Source: Mobula birostris (Eukaryota). Taken from it: a stretch of DNA of 64,000 nucleotides. The notes under the pieces were generated by a model. That model saw only the letters and a list, made by a program, of their open reading frames with translations, searched no databases and was not told the DNA's origin. Positions 1 to 11,552 of the stretch are shown here, one piece after another (the first letter of the stretch is position 1; every line of letters starts with the position of its first letter). The DNA is taken from assembly GCF_030028105.1 (NCBI RefSeq), contig NC_092397.1, positions 12,663,271-12,727,270 on the forward strand, written 5' to 3'. Made by a program: the position numbers and the translations under genes.

Positions 1-185
1 GAGGAGAATGGCCAGACTGGTTCAAATAACCAGATCTTACAACGGTGGTGTGCAGAAGAGCATCTCTGAACACACAACACGTCGAACCTCGAAGTGGACG
101 GGCTACAGCAGAAGATCATGAACATACACTCAGCGGCCACTTTTTTAGATACAGGAGGCACCTGATGTAGTGGCCATTGAGTGTA
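1..185 (+). mobile_element. Tc1/mariner-derived remnant (transposase HTH fragment plus short TA-flanked TIR hairpin at 125-185); part of the amplified unit
   Basis: Reads RMARLVQ...GVQKSISEHTTRRT (Tc1 transposase-like; best seen in ORF 35437-35691). TACACTCAGCGGCCAC...GTGGCCATTGAGTGTA inverted repeat. Other copies at about 13467-13652, 17428-17640, 22566-22776, 33023-33236, 35372-35585, 44363-44550 and 49150-49363. Confidence 0.75.
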
Positions 186-448
186 CAGGACATTCGATAA
201 GCTGTAGTCAAAGCTAAAGTGAAATTTATTATCAGGGTCACGACATACAACTCTGAGATTCATTTTCCTGCGGGAATACTCAGCAAATCCATAGAATAGT
301 AACTGTAGACTGGATCACTGAAAGATCAACCGGAGTGCACAACAAACTGTGTAAATGCAAATATCAATAAATAACGAGAACATGAGATAAAGGGTCCTTA
401 AAGTAATATGATTGGTTGTAGGGGCATCTCAATAGATGAATGTAGTTA

Positions 449-751
449 TCACCTTTTGTTGGAGACCCTGATGGTTGAGGGGTAGTAACTACTCCTGAAC
501 CTCGTGGTGTGAATCTTGAGGCTCTTGTACCTTCTACCTGATGGCAGCAGCGAGAGGAGAGCAGGGCCTGGGTGGTGGGGGTCTCTGATGATGGATGCTG
601 CTTGCCTCCGATGGCAATGTTTCATGTAGACGTGCTCAATGGATGGGAGGGTTTTACCTGTGATGGACTGGGACGAATCCACTACATTTTGTAGGATTTT
701 CCACTCGAAGGTTTTGTTGTTCCCATGCCAGGCTGTGATGCAGCCAGTCAT
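449..751 (-). mobile_element. Rex1/Babar-type LINE ORF2 C-terminal remnant
   Basis: TGCITAWHGN...ITGKTLPSI...AASIIRDPHHP...LLPSGRRYKS...TTRFRSSYYPSTIR is the typical C-terminus of Rex1/Babar non-LTR retrotransposon ORF2. Confidence 0.8.
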
Positions 752-1271
752 GTCCTTGATTCATATAGTTTTAAGACCATGAACTATGGTCTTAATCAAA
801 ATTAGGATCAAAATTAGGCCTTAGAGTCTGCTGCGTCATTTTATCCATACTTCCTATCAGCCCCCAGTCTCCTACCTCCTTCACCTCCGCACCTCATCCC
901 TTCCTCCCTGACCAATCAAGAATCTATCAATCTCTGCCCTTAGATAAACATAAACACTTGGGCTCCAAAGCCGCCTCTGGCAAAGAATTCCAAAGAATCG
1001 CTCTGGCTAAAGAAATTACTCATCACCCTTCTCAAAGGTCAGCGCTCTATTGTCAGACACGCCCGCCACGTTTGAAATCGCACCGCTGACTGAGACGCGT
1101 CGCTCCGATCAAGGTGTAGGGTCTAACCGCGATCTCCGAGCTCACTACAGCCCGTGGTGGTCAGTGCTGGGGCGACCTCATTCACCCAGTTACCCTGTTA
1201 ACATTGCAGGCACAGGCAGATTCAGAAGGCAAAAGTTTTATTGCGGTGAATAAAAAATATATATATACATA

Positions 1272-1572
1272 CACACACATCAAAGTTGCTGGTGAACGCA
1301 GCAGGCCAGACAGCATCTCTAGGAAGAGGTACAGTCGACGTTTCGGGCCGAGACCCTTCGTCAGGACTAACTGAAGGAAGAGCTAGTAAGAGATTTAAAA
1401 GTGGGAGGGGGAGGGGGAGATCCAGAATGATAGGAGAAGACAGGAGGGGGAGGGATGGAGCCAAGAGTTGAACAGGTGATTGGCAAAAGGGATATGAGAG
1501 GATCATGGGACAGGAGGCCCAGGGAGAAGGAAAAGGGGAAGGGGGCAAACCCAGAGGATGGGCAAGGAGTGA
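1272..1572 (-). mobile_element. Penelope-like element 3' end / pseudo-LTR
   Basis: The same repeat adjoins GIY-YIG C-terminal coding remnants elsewhere (31185-31360, 42510-42690) and carries a hammerhead motif. Confidence 0.75.
1333..1368 (-). ncRNA. Minimal type I hammerhead ribozyme motif (Penelope-associated), core intact
   Basis: Minus strand AGUC-CUGACGA-A-GGGU-CUCG-GCCC-GAAAC-GUC^GACU: conserved CUGANGA and GAAA boxes, 4-bp helix II, helix I AGUC/GACU, palindromic ACGU helix III, GUC cleavage triplet. Confidence 0.75.
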
Positions 1573-3088
1573 TAAAAACATCCTACACCGGGCTGCTGGG
1601 GAATGGTACCGACTGACACGCTCCAGGCCTCAGGGCCGTGGTGGCACAGCCAGTGCCCGGGATCGATGGGGAAGGCCCACAGTCTGGGCTCCTGATAGAA
1701 TGGTGAGGAAAACCCCTCCAAACCTCTGTAAAAGGGGGTGCATGTATCGGGCCGGGAGGATACGGCGAGTGGCCACCAGTCACCTCTTCTCTGCTGTTCA
1801 ACCTCCACCTCCCCGGCCCCACGTCTCCTGCACAGGAGCTCTGCTGTGGGAGCACCGCTCCCCCTCCTTCAACATCTCCACACACTCCAACAATCCTCCG
1901 GCTCCCCGACTCGTCCTCTCCTTCACTCCTACCCGACCCTCCTCCCCACAGCGTTCGCCCCCCCTCCCATCTCTTCCCCTCTTCCTCCCCAAACTCCCTT
2001 CCATCTTCCACCCGACCCCTTCTCCCTAAACCCCTCACTAATCGACACGCAAAATGGTGTAGGAAACCAGCATCTATGGAAAGGCAGAAACAGCCGCCGT
2101 TTCGGGCCGGGACATTTCATCCGGGCTGGAGAGGAAGGGGAAGAGGCCAGAAGATAAAAACATGATGTGGAAATGAGGATAAGATCAAAGGCGACAGGTG
2201 AAGCCAGGCGGGCCGGGGGCAGAGGAAAGAATGCGTCTTTTCCCTTCGGGGATGAAACCGCAGTGTGGTCTGGATATCGTCGCCGCTGACGAAGAGCCTG
2301 ACGGGGGCCGGTGGTTTGTGACTGAGCGCAGCCGATGGTAAGTTCAGATCGGGAAGCTCAGTGACAGGATGAAATGGCTTTTGGCAAGAACTGAGTCGTG
2401 GGTAACGGGTTGGCTTGAGGAGGTGAAGGGGAGTAGGACCGGGGTTGGAGATATTGTCGACGTTAAGGTAATGAACACTTTCATGTCTGACTGTGACAAA
2501 AGTCTTCACCTGGTTAGAGTGACAGACTTCATAAAACTCAGATCTGGAGTATTTCGGATAGTTCTGGTTTCCCCACTGGAGGAAGGACGTTGAGGCTCTG
2601 GAGAGTATTCCTGATTAGAACTTGAAACGGTACATTTTTCATGATGAATACACTTTATAAGGCCGTGAGATATAAAGGCAGAATTAGGCCATTTGGTCCG
2701 TCGAATCTCCTCCGCCATTTCATCATTTTCCCTCCCACCCTCAATTTCCTGCCTTCTCCCCGTGTTAGTTCATTCCCTGACCAGTCGACAATCTATCAAT
2801 CTCTGTCTTAAACGAATTCCACAGATTCACCACTCTCTGGCTGAAGAAATTACTGCTCTCCCTCTTAAAAGGACGGCCCTCTATTCTGAGGCCGTCCTCT
2901 GGTCTCACACCCACCCGCCACATTTGAAATTACACCACTGACTGAGACCCGTCGCTCCTATCGAGATGCTGGGTCTAACCACGATCGCTGAGCGCACTAT
3001 AGTCTCTGGTGGTCAGTGCTGGGTCGACCTAATTCACCGAGTTACCCTGTTAACATTGCAAACACAGGCAGACTCAGAATGCAAAAGC

Positions 3089-3094
3089 TTTATT
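3089..3094 (-). promoter_or_regulatory. AATAAA poly(A) signal of cystatin A1
   Basis: Conserved GCAATAAAG at the homologous position in the other copies (28882, 39922, 46492, 57364) and ACAATAAAG at 60316. Confidence 0.6.
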
Positions 3095-3596
3095 GCGCAA
3101 GCATAAAAACATACATTTGCAACTTGATTATAAAATTATGTTAATAAGCGGTCAGCCCGTGAGTTGAAACCCAGATACTACTTCCACCCCTCGGGCTATC
3201 CTGTCCCGCAGCTTCCTCGGGCACTTCGCTTTCACTAACACGTGTGTATCTTTGGGGTGCATCTGGTGAAGTTCAATCATTTCCTCGAGTTTGCGCCAGA
3301 ATTCTGAAATCCCACAGGCGACCTTAAGTGAGGGGAACTCGGACAAAATGCTCTGTTTCTCCCCGGGGGTGAATGGCTCATGAGAGAGAGAGGGATAGTA
3401 GCCCGGGGAATGTATGTTAGTGAGCGACTGCATAAACACGCGCGTTTGTCTGAGTGCGTTGTGGAGATTGCATTACGAGGCGCCCCGGGCCGTGGTAAAG
3501 TGCTCTATTCGTATCCATTTGACCTGGTCATCAGAATTATTGCTTTAGCTGAGCGGTGCGCGCCACGCTGTGTGCCGCAGGGGTCCTACAGACCGG

Positions 3597-5713
3597 TCAC
3601 TTGGCCGTCCTGGAGCAAGAAGATTCAGTCACCTGCGTGGGCCCGATCCACAGTTGCTCCAAGACTTGAAATTTACAGGTCATTGTCTGCGGGGAAAAGC
3701 AAAGGCCAGTATTAAAAGAGTTTCCCGCCGGTACCCCAGCAGATTCATGAATCCCCACCAGGTTCCAGTGTCCCTGGGGACAGGGCCCCCGCCCCTCTCT
3801 CCCGAGACCACCAGTGCACTGATCGCTCACCTTGGCATATTGAGGATCCTTGTGGAAGGGACAGTTCCGGGAAACAGAACTCTTCTTGCAGACGGTAGTT
3901 CGCAGCTCCAGGGTGAGATAGTAAATGAACCCCGAGACCACCTGCAAGAGCACCTTACAGTCAGAAAGGCCTCAAAACATCTCTACGGGGTGTCTGTGTG
4001 TATCGAGCCAGGAGTGGTCATCCATCTGCACACACCCCCCACCTTTACTCTGCTGGTCATAAGAAATAGGAGCAGCAGTCGGCCATCTGGCCCGTCGAGC
4101 CTGCTCCGCCACTCAATAAGATCATGACTGATCTGGCCATGGACTCATCTCCACCCACCTGCCTTTTCCCCATAAACCTTAATCCCCCTACTATGCAGAA
4201 ATCTATCCAGCCTTGTCTTAAATATATTTACTGACGTAGCCTCCACTGCTTCATTGGGCAGAGAATTCCACAGATTCACCACTCTCTGGGAAAATCAGTT
4301 CCTCCTCATCTCTGTCTTAAATCTACTGCACTGAATCTTGAGGCTATGTCCCCTAGTTCTAGTCTCACCTAGCAGTGAAAACAACTTTCCTGCCTCTATC
4401 TCTTTCATAATTGTATTTTTCACTAAAATTTCCTCTCATTTTTCTGAATTCCAGCAAGTACAGTCCCAGGCGATTCAATCTCTCCTTTTCGTCTCACACC
4501 CTCCTCTCTAGTCTCTACATGGTGAACCTCCAAAGCCAGTAGATCCTTCCTCAAGCAAGCAGACCAGAACTGCACGCTGGACCCCAAGTGCCACGTCACC
4601 AGTACCCTGTACAGTTGCAGCATAACCTCCCTGCTCTTGAATTCAATCCCTCCAGCAGTGAAGTCCGACATCCAATTTGCCTGCTTGATAGCCCGCTGTA
4701 CCTGCAAACCAACATTTTGTGATTCATGCACAAGCACTCCCGAGTCCCTCTGCACAGCAGCGTGCTGCAATCTTTTACCATTTCAATAATAATCTGCTCT
4801 TCCTTTTTACCTTCCCAAGTGGATGACCTCGTATTTACCGACATTGTATTCCACCTGACAGACAGTTGCCTACTGACTTAACCTATACATATCTGTGTAG
4901 ATTCTCCGTATTCTCTCTCGCCCTCTCCCCCACATACTTCTCCCCACTCTCCCTTCCTGTTGCCCCTCCCTTACCCCTCCACCCCATCTTCCCCCTCTCC
5001 CATTCGTCCTCCCACTCTCCCTCCCTCTACTTCTCCCTCTCCCCCTCACTATTTTCCTCCTCCCTCACCTCCCCTCCTTCCCTTTCCTTCCTACCCCTTT
5101 TATCCCCTCCTTCTCTACTCCCATCCTCTCCTCCCATCCCCCTGCCCCACCCATCCCCTTCACCCTGTCCTCCCCACTTCTCCTCCTCTGCCCAGCCTGT
5201 CTATTCCCCACTTGCCCTCACTCTCTCCCCTCTCCATTGCTTCTCCCCTCCCCCTCTCCTCCCCAGTTCCCCTCCCCATCTACTACACACTTCCCCTCCT
5301 CCTCCCTCCCCACCCCTCACCCTCCTGCTCAATCTACCCTTCCTCCCCCTCTCCACCTTCCCCATCTCTCCTCCTCTCAACTTCCCCATTCCCCGGCTCC
5401 CCCTCCTCACTCTCCCCTTCTACTCCCCGCTCCCCCTGCCCCAACCCGTCCTCCCTCCCCTACCCCTCTCCTCCCTCCCCTCTCCTCTTCCTATTTCTCT
5501 CCCCATCACCTGTTTTTGGGCCGATAACACATTCGACACCGCGCTATGAAACAAGTCGCTGGATTTGCTGTTGAAGTCCTCCGCCGCCACCTGGATCGCG
5601 TTCACCACCCCGGGGTGATCTGTGGACACGGGGCAAAGGCCGCCCGGCATGCAGGGCGTCACCACCTCCGCCGCCCCCAACATCAACACCAACACCACCA
5701 GAACCGAACCCAT
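3597..5713 (-). CDS. Type-2 cystatin paralog A1, intact, 134 aa; exons 5713-5510, 3941-3831, 3686-3597
   Basis: Signal peptide MGSVLVVLVLMLGAA, MPGG N-terminal Gly, QVVSG across a phase-0 intron, four canonical Cys (VCKK..NCPFH; TCKF..SCS), LW in place of PW. All GT-AG sites are intact and there are no stops. Confidence 0.9.
4058..4910 (-). mobile_element. Old CR1 LINE 3' fragment in cystatin intron 1
   Basis: Degenerate CR1 RT C-terminus (QRDSGVLVHES...GIEFKSREVMLQLYRVLV) plus CR1-type 3'UTR. Shared by A-type copies at 27066-27919, 38152-39006, 45431-45533 and 53498-56488. Confidence 0.85.
4911..5505 (-). repeat. Polypurine G-rich low-complexity tract at the start of intron 1 (A1)
   Basis: Almost pure C/T on the + strand. 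Homologous tracts at 26432-27065, 37564-38150 and 53050-53497. Confidence 0.9.
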
Positions 5714-6246
5714 CTTCCTCCGCAGTAAAGCAAATAACAGGTCCTGGCGTCTTTTCCTCCGCCCTTCACTCGTCACTCCCACGTCTCTGGCCACGTCATC
5801 CTTCTGCGGGACATCCACTCACAAATCCCCAATCTCCCCACGTCTTTTTGTGACATTGCAAACACGAGAAAGGAGCAGATGCTAGAAATCCAAACAACGC
5901 ACACACAAACACAAAATGCTGGAGGAACTCTGCAGGCCAGGCAGCATCCATGGGGGAAAAGAAAGTACAATCGACGTTTCGGGCCTAGACCCTTCGGCAG
6001 GACTATGGAAAAGAGAGATTTTGGGCCAAGATATTTTCTTCAGGACTGAGAGGGAAGGGGAAAGACGTCTGGATAAGAAGCTGGAGGGAGGGGAAGGGCG
6101 CTAGCTGGATGGTGATAGGTGAAGCCGGGTGAGTGGGAGAGAGGAAGGAACTAGAGGGGAGAGGAGAGTGGACCATAGGGAAGGGATAGAACATAGAATA
6201 GTACAGCACAGTACAGGCCCTTCGGCCCACAATGTTGTGCCGACCC

Positions 6247-9129
6247 TCAAACCCTGCCTCCCATATAAGCCCCCACCTTAGATTCCTCCATATACCTGTC
6301 TAGTAGTCTCTTAAACTTCACTAGTGTATCTGCCTCCACCACTGACTCAGGCAGTGCATTCCACGCACCAACCACTCTCTGAGTTAAAAACCTTCCTCTA
6401 ATATCCCCCTTGAACTTCCCACCCCTTTTAAAGCCATGTCGTCTTCTATTGAGCAGTGGTGCCCTTGGGAAGAGGCGCTGGCTATCCACTCTATCTATTC
6501 CCCTTATTATCTTGTACACCTCTATCATGTCTCCTCTCATCCTCATTCTCTCCAAAGAGTAAAGCTCTAGATCCTTTAATCTCTGATCATAATCCATACT
6601 CTCTAAACCAGACAGCATCCTGGTAAATATCTTCTGTACCCTTTCCAATGCTTCCACATCCTTCCTATAGTGAGGTGACCAGAACTGGACACAATACTCC
6701 AAGTGTGGCCTAACCACAGTTTTATAGAGCTGCACCATTACATCGTGACTTTTAAACTGTATTCCTCGACTTAGAGAGCTAACAGCCCATAAGCTTTCTT
6801 AACTACCTTATCCACCTGTGAGGCAAATTTCAGGGATCTGTGGACAGGTACCCTGAGATCCCTCTGCTCCTCCACACTACCAAGTATCCTGCCATTTACT
6901 TTGTACTCTGACTTGGAGTTTGTCCTTCCAAAGTGTACCACCTCACACTTCTCCGGGTTGAACTCCATCTGCCACTTCTCAGTCCACTTCTGCATCCTAT
7001 CAATGTCTCTCTGCAATCTTTGACAATCCTCTACACTATCTACAACACCACCAACCTTTTTGTCGTCTGCAAACTTGCCAACCCACCCTTCTACCCCAAT
7101 ATCCAGGTCGTTAATAAAAATCACGAAAAGTAGAGGTCCCAGAACAGATCCTTGTGGGACACCACTAGTCACAATCCTCCAATCTGAATGTACTCCCTCC
7201 ACCACCACCACCCTCTGCCTTCTGCAGGCAAGCCAATTCTGAATCCACCTGGCAAATGTCCCCTGGATCCCAAGCCTTCTAACTTTCTGAATAAGCCTAC
7301 TGTGTGGAACCTTTTCAAATGCCTCACTAAAATCCATACAGATCACATCCACTGCACTACCCTCATCTATATGCCTGGTCACCTCCTCAAAGAACTCTAT
7401 CAGGCTTGTTAGACACGATCTGCCCTTCACAAAGCCATGCTGACTGTCCCTGATCAGACCATGATTCTCTAAATGCCTATAGATCCTATCTCTAAGAATC
7501 TTTTCCAACAGCTTTCCCAGCACTGACGTAAGGCTCACTGGTCTATAATTACCCGGACTATCCCTACTACCTTTTTTGAACAAGGGAACAACATTCGCCT
7601 CCCTCCAATCCTCCGGTACCATTCCCGTGGACAACGAGGACATAAGGATCCTAGCCAGAGGCTCAGCAATCTCTTCTCTCGCCTCGTGGAACAGCCTGGG
7701 GAATATTCCGTCAGGCCCCTAGGACTTACCTGTCCTAATGTATTTTAACAACTCCAACACCTCCTCTCCCTTAATAACCGCATGCTCCAGAACATCAACC
7801 TCACTCATATTGTCCTCACCATCATCAAGTTCCCTCTCATTGGTGAATACCGAAGAGAAGTATTCATTGAGGACCTCGCTCACTTCCACAGCCTCCAGGC
7901 ACATCTTCCCACCTTTATTTCTAATCGGTCCTACCTTCACTTCTTTCATCCTTTTTTCCTCACATAATTGAAGAATGCCTTGGGGTTTTCCTTTACCCTA
8001 CTCGCCGAGGCCTTCTCATGCCCCCTTCTTGCTCTTCTCAGCCCCTTCTTAAGCTCCTTTCTTGCTTCCCTATATTCCTCAATAGACCCATCTGATCCTT
8101 GCTTCCTAAACCTCATGTATGCTGTCTTCTTCCTCCTGACTAGATTTTCCACCTCACTTGTCACCCATGGTCCCTTCACCCTACCATTCTTTATCTTCCT
8201 CACCGGGACAAATTTATCCATTACATCCCGCAAAAGATCTCTAAACATCGACCTCATTTCCATAGTACATTTCCCTGCAAAAACATCATCCCAATTCACA
8301 TCCGCAAGTTCTAGCCTTATAGCCTCATAATTTGCAATTCCCCAATTAAAAATTTTCCTGTCCTCTTTGATTCTATCCTTTTCCATGATAATTATAAAGG
8401 CCACGGAGCGGTGGTCACTGTCCACCAGATGCTCACCCACTGAGAGATCTGTGACCTGACCCGGTTCATTACCTAGTACTAGATCTAGTATGGCATTCCC
8501 CCTGGTCGGCCTGTCCATATACTGGGACAGGAATCCATCCTAGACACACTTAACAAATTCTGCCCCAACTAAGCCCTTGGAACAAATCAGGTACCAATCA
8601 ATATTAGGGAAGTTAAAGTCACCCATGATAACAACCCTGTTATTTTTGCACCTTTCCAAAATCTGCCTCCCAATCTGCTCCTGTGTATCTCTGCTGCTAC
8701 CAGGGGGCCTATAGAATACCCCCAGTAGAGTAACTGCTCCCTTCCTGTTCCTGACTTCCACCCATCAAAAGGGGAGCCTGCTGCATTATCCACCCTTTCT
8801 GTAGCTTTAGTAGTATCCCTGACCAGTAATGCCACACCTCCTCCCCTTTTTCCGCCCTCTCTATCCCTTTTAAAGCACTGAAATCCAGGAATATTGAGAA
8901 TCCATTCCTGCCCTGGTGCCAGCCAAGTGTCTATAATGGCCACTATATCATAATTCCATGTATGTCTCCAAGCTCTCAGTTCATCACCTTTGTTCTTGGT
9001 GCTTCTTGCATTGAGGTACACACACTTCAGCCCTTCTACCTTACTGTCTTTACACCGTTTATTCTGCTTCTCTTTCCTCAAAGCCTCTCTGTATGTTAGA
9101 TCTGGCTTTACTCCATGCACTTCTTTCAC
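6247..9129 (-). pseudogene. CR1 ORF2 (APE endonuclease + reverse transcriptase), frameshifted
   Basis: Fragments [71 protein letters not shown] and FADD are spread over several frames with stops. Confidence 0.92.
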
Positions 9130-9164
9130 TGCTCTATCGCTCTGGGTCCCATCCCCCTCACAAA

Positions 9165-10103
9165 TTAGTTTAAACCCTCCCGAACCATGCTAGCAAGTCT
9201 ACCTGCAAGGATATTGCTCCCCCTCGAGTTCAGGTGCAACCCATCCAATCTGTACAGATCCCACCTTCCCCAGAAGAGATCCCAATGATCCAAAAATCTA
9301 AAACCCTGCTCCCTGCACCAACTCCTCAGCCACGCATTCAACTGCCATCTCCTCCAATTCTTACCATCTCTGTCACGTAGCACTGGCAGCAATCCTGAGA
9401 AAGTCACCCTTGAGGTCCTGTTCTTCAGCCTTCTGCCTAGTTCCCGAAACTCACACTTCAGGACCTCATCCCTCTTCCTGCCTATGTCGTTGGTGCCAAC
9501 GTGTATCACGACTTCTGGTTGCTTTCCCTCTCGTACCAGGATGTCGTGCACCCGGTCAGAGACATCCCGGACCCTGGCACCCGGGAGGCAAGAAACCATG
9601 CGAGTGTCCTCACGTCCACAAAATCTCCCGTCTGCTCCCCTGACAATAGAGTCTCCAATGACGACAGCTCTCCTCTTCTCCGTCCCACCCTTCTGCACCA
9701 CAGGGTCAGACTCAGTGCCGGAGGCCCTGCCACCGTGGCTCACACCCGGTCGGTCGTCCCCGCCAACAGTATCCAGGATGGTAAACTTATTATTCAGGGG
9801 AATGGCTACAGGGGTGCTCAGCACTACCTGTCTGCTCACCTTCGCTTTCCCCCTTCTGACTGCCATCCAACGACCCGCTTCCGACAGCCTAGGTGTGACT
9901 ACCTCCCTGTAGCTCTCATCTATGACTGCCTCATTCTCCCTTCTGAGTCGAAGGTCATCAAGCTGCTGCTCCAGATTCCTTACACGGTCTTCCAGATCGC
10001 CCAGCCGTATGCACTTCTGGCAGATGTGACTCTGCGGGAGAGGGGCGTTGCCCCAAGACTGCCACATCTCACATGAGAGGCACATCACCGTCTCAGGAGA
10101 CAT
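9165..10103 (-). CDS. CR1 ORF1 protein (Zn-finger/coiled coil + SGNH/GDSL esterase), 312 aa from the first ATG
   Basis: CLSC...HICQKC, heptad LEDRVRNLEQQLDDL, and esterase blocks VIGDSIVRG, HVGTND, DGLHLN. The frame is open throughout. Confidence 0.9.
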   Translation of the reverse strand: MSPETVMCLSCEMWQSWGNAPLPQSHICQKCIRLGDLEDRVRNLEQQLDDLRLRRENEAVIDESYREVVTPRLSEAGRWMAVRRGKAKVSRQVVLSTPVAIPLNNKFTILDTVGGDDRPGVSHGGRASGTESDPVVQKGGTEKRRAVVIGDSIVRGADGRFCGREDTRMVSCLPGARVRDVSDRVHDILVREGKQPEVVIHVGTNDIGRKRDEVLKCEFRELGRRLKNRTSRVTFSGLLPVLRDRDGKNWRRWQLNAWLRSWCREQGFRFLDHWDLFWGRWDLYRLDGLHLNSRGSNILAGRLASMVREGLN

Positions 10104-11552
10104 TGTAAAAACTAACTGCGAGCTGGCTTGTCCTCCGCCTTTTCTCGTCGAAGCCTCTCGAGTCAAAGCCTCAAAGCTCCACTCCTCCACTCACTCACTC
10201 ACTCACTCACTCACTCACTCACTCACTCACTCACGCTTTCCACTGGTCGCTTCGCTTGAGCTGTCCCTCTATTTATCTGTTTGAGCTTTTCAAAATGTTT
10301 GGTCACCTGACCTCGACTGCCCAATCAGCTGCTTTCTGCTGAGTCTGAGCTATTCAACTCTTAATTGTCTAATTAACGGCTTACCGCTGATCTATTCAAA
10401 TCTTGATTGACTTGATAGCACAGACCAACTGCCAAAACTGCCAGAATCTCTCGAGAGGAGGAGGGGACCCTGGTGGAGGTCATAAGAAGTGAATGGTCAG
10501 AGTTGGGAAGATGAAGAAGGGGGTGGGGAACGGTTTCATACCACAAGGAGAAAATTATTCATGACATTGTGGTGAAGCTTCCCAGACGGAATATAAGGTG
10601 TTGCTTCTCCACTCTGAGGGTGACCTCAGTTTGGCATATTTTGGCTTTGGACGGCCACGCTGGAACGGAAACGGGAATGGAAATCGGAATTAAGAGTTTC
10701 GGCTACGGCAAGTCCCGCTTGTGGCAGACGTGGGGCGGGGGGGGGGGTGGTGCAGGTGCTGGAAGTGGCCCCCTACTTTCCTACGGTGTTGACTGTTCGT
10801 CAGCTGAACCAAACCGGGAATCTCACCACGTAACTCGCAAATGGTCGAAGCTTGCCCTTTCTCGCCTCTGCAAGAACAAGAATGTGACAGGCCAACAACT
10901 TAAAACATGAATTCTACTCTACTCTGTGTACCAATACTCATTCAAACCGCTCTTCCACTTCTACTCACAACAATCGGGAATCTGCCATTGTTCAGAAGTC
11001 AGATCCTTCCTCTCCCAGCCCCTGGCATGCACTTTCTTCCTTGCGATGATAATTCTTCGAGGTCATCGCTATTATGCATTTGAAGCCTCTGTTCTCTTTT
11101 CATTCCATTCCAGTTCAAATGTTGCTTTCAGTGTCAGCGTCATCTGGCTGTCCTATAACACCTTCCCACTGGATATAGTCAGACAGCTACACAGCTTCTC
11201 TTGTCTCCTTCTATTCTTGTTCAAACCAGGTCACGTAGACAGTGGGCCGACGTAAGGAGACGACTTCTGCAAACCTGCCATTGTACTCCACACACAGTTT
11301 ATCTGAGAATGTTCTCAGGTTTAGCAGCAACTCATTGTCACAACGTTCAATTGCTCTGATTCGTTTACCCCCGAGGAAGAATCAGTTCTCAAACAGTTCA
11401 CAAGATGGAGGCTACAGGGCAGCCTCACAAAATGGCGGACTCCATTCCGTCAAGCACATGGCAAAAGCAAAGACAATTGGTTTGTCTGCTTCCACTAACC
11501 TCGACCCCTTCGAGTTTGACACTTCCTCCCACATTTTCACGCCCCCACCCCG

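Larger units (their letters stand above)
6188..10456 (-). mobile_element. Near full-length CR1 LINE (about 4.27 kb)
   Basis: 5'UTR with (AGTG)n, ORF1, ORF2 with APE endonuclease and RT, and a TTCTATG-type 3' tail. It interrupts the sequence GGGAAGGGAT|GGAGGAGGGGACCC that is contiguous at 15543-15566. Confidence 0.95.

Noticed and set aside
449-751. Repeated ~100-aa ORF as a multicopy host gene
   Set aside because: It is the C-terminus of a Rex1/Babar LINE ORF2, with frameshifts or insertions in several copies.
2117-2718. Recurrent ORFs MKWLLARTESWVTGW... and MKTFVTVRHES... as a candidate exon 1 for the B cassettes
   Set aside because: No signal peptide, PGG or helix-1 similarity and no donor site. 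They recur only because the unit is duplicated, and they are partly CR1/Penelope-derived.
5714-5818. N-terminal extension of the A1 ORF (MDVPQKDD...) and of A2 (26033)
   Set aside because: These rely on non-ATG starts in the ORF track; the conserved ATG before the signal peptide is at 5713, 37357 and 58120.
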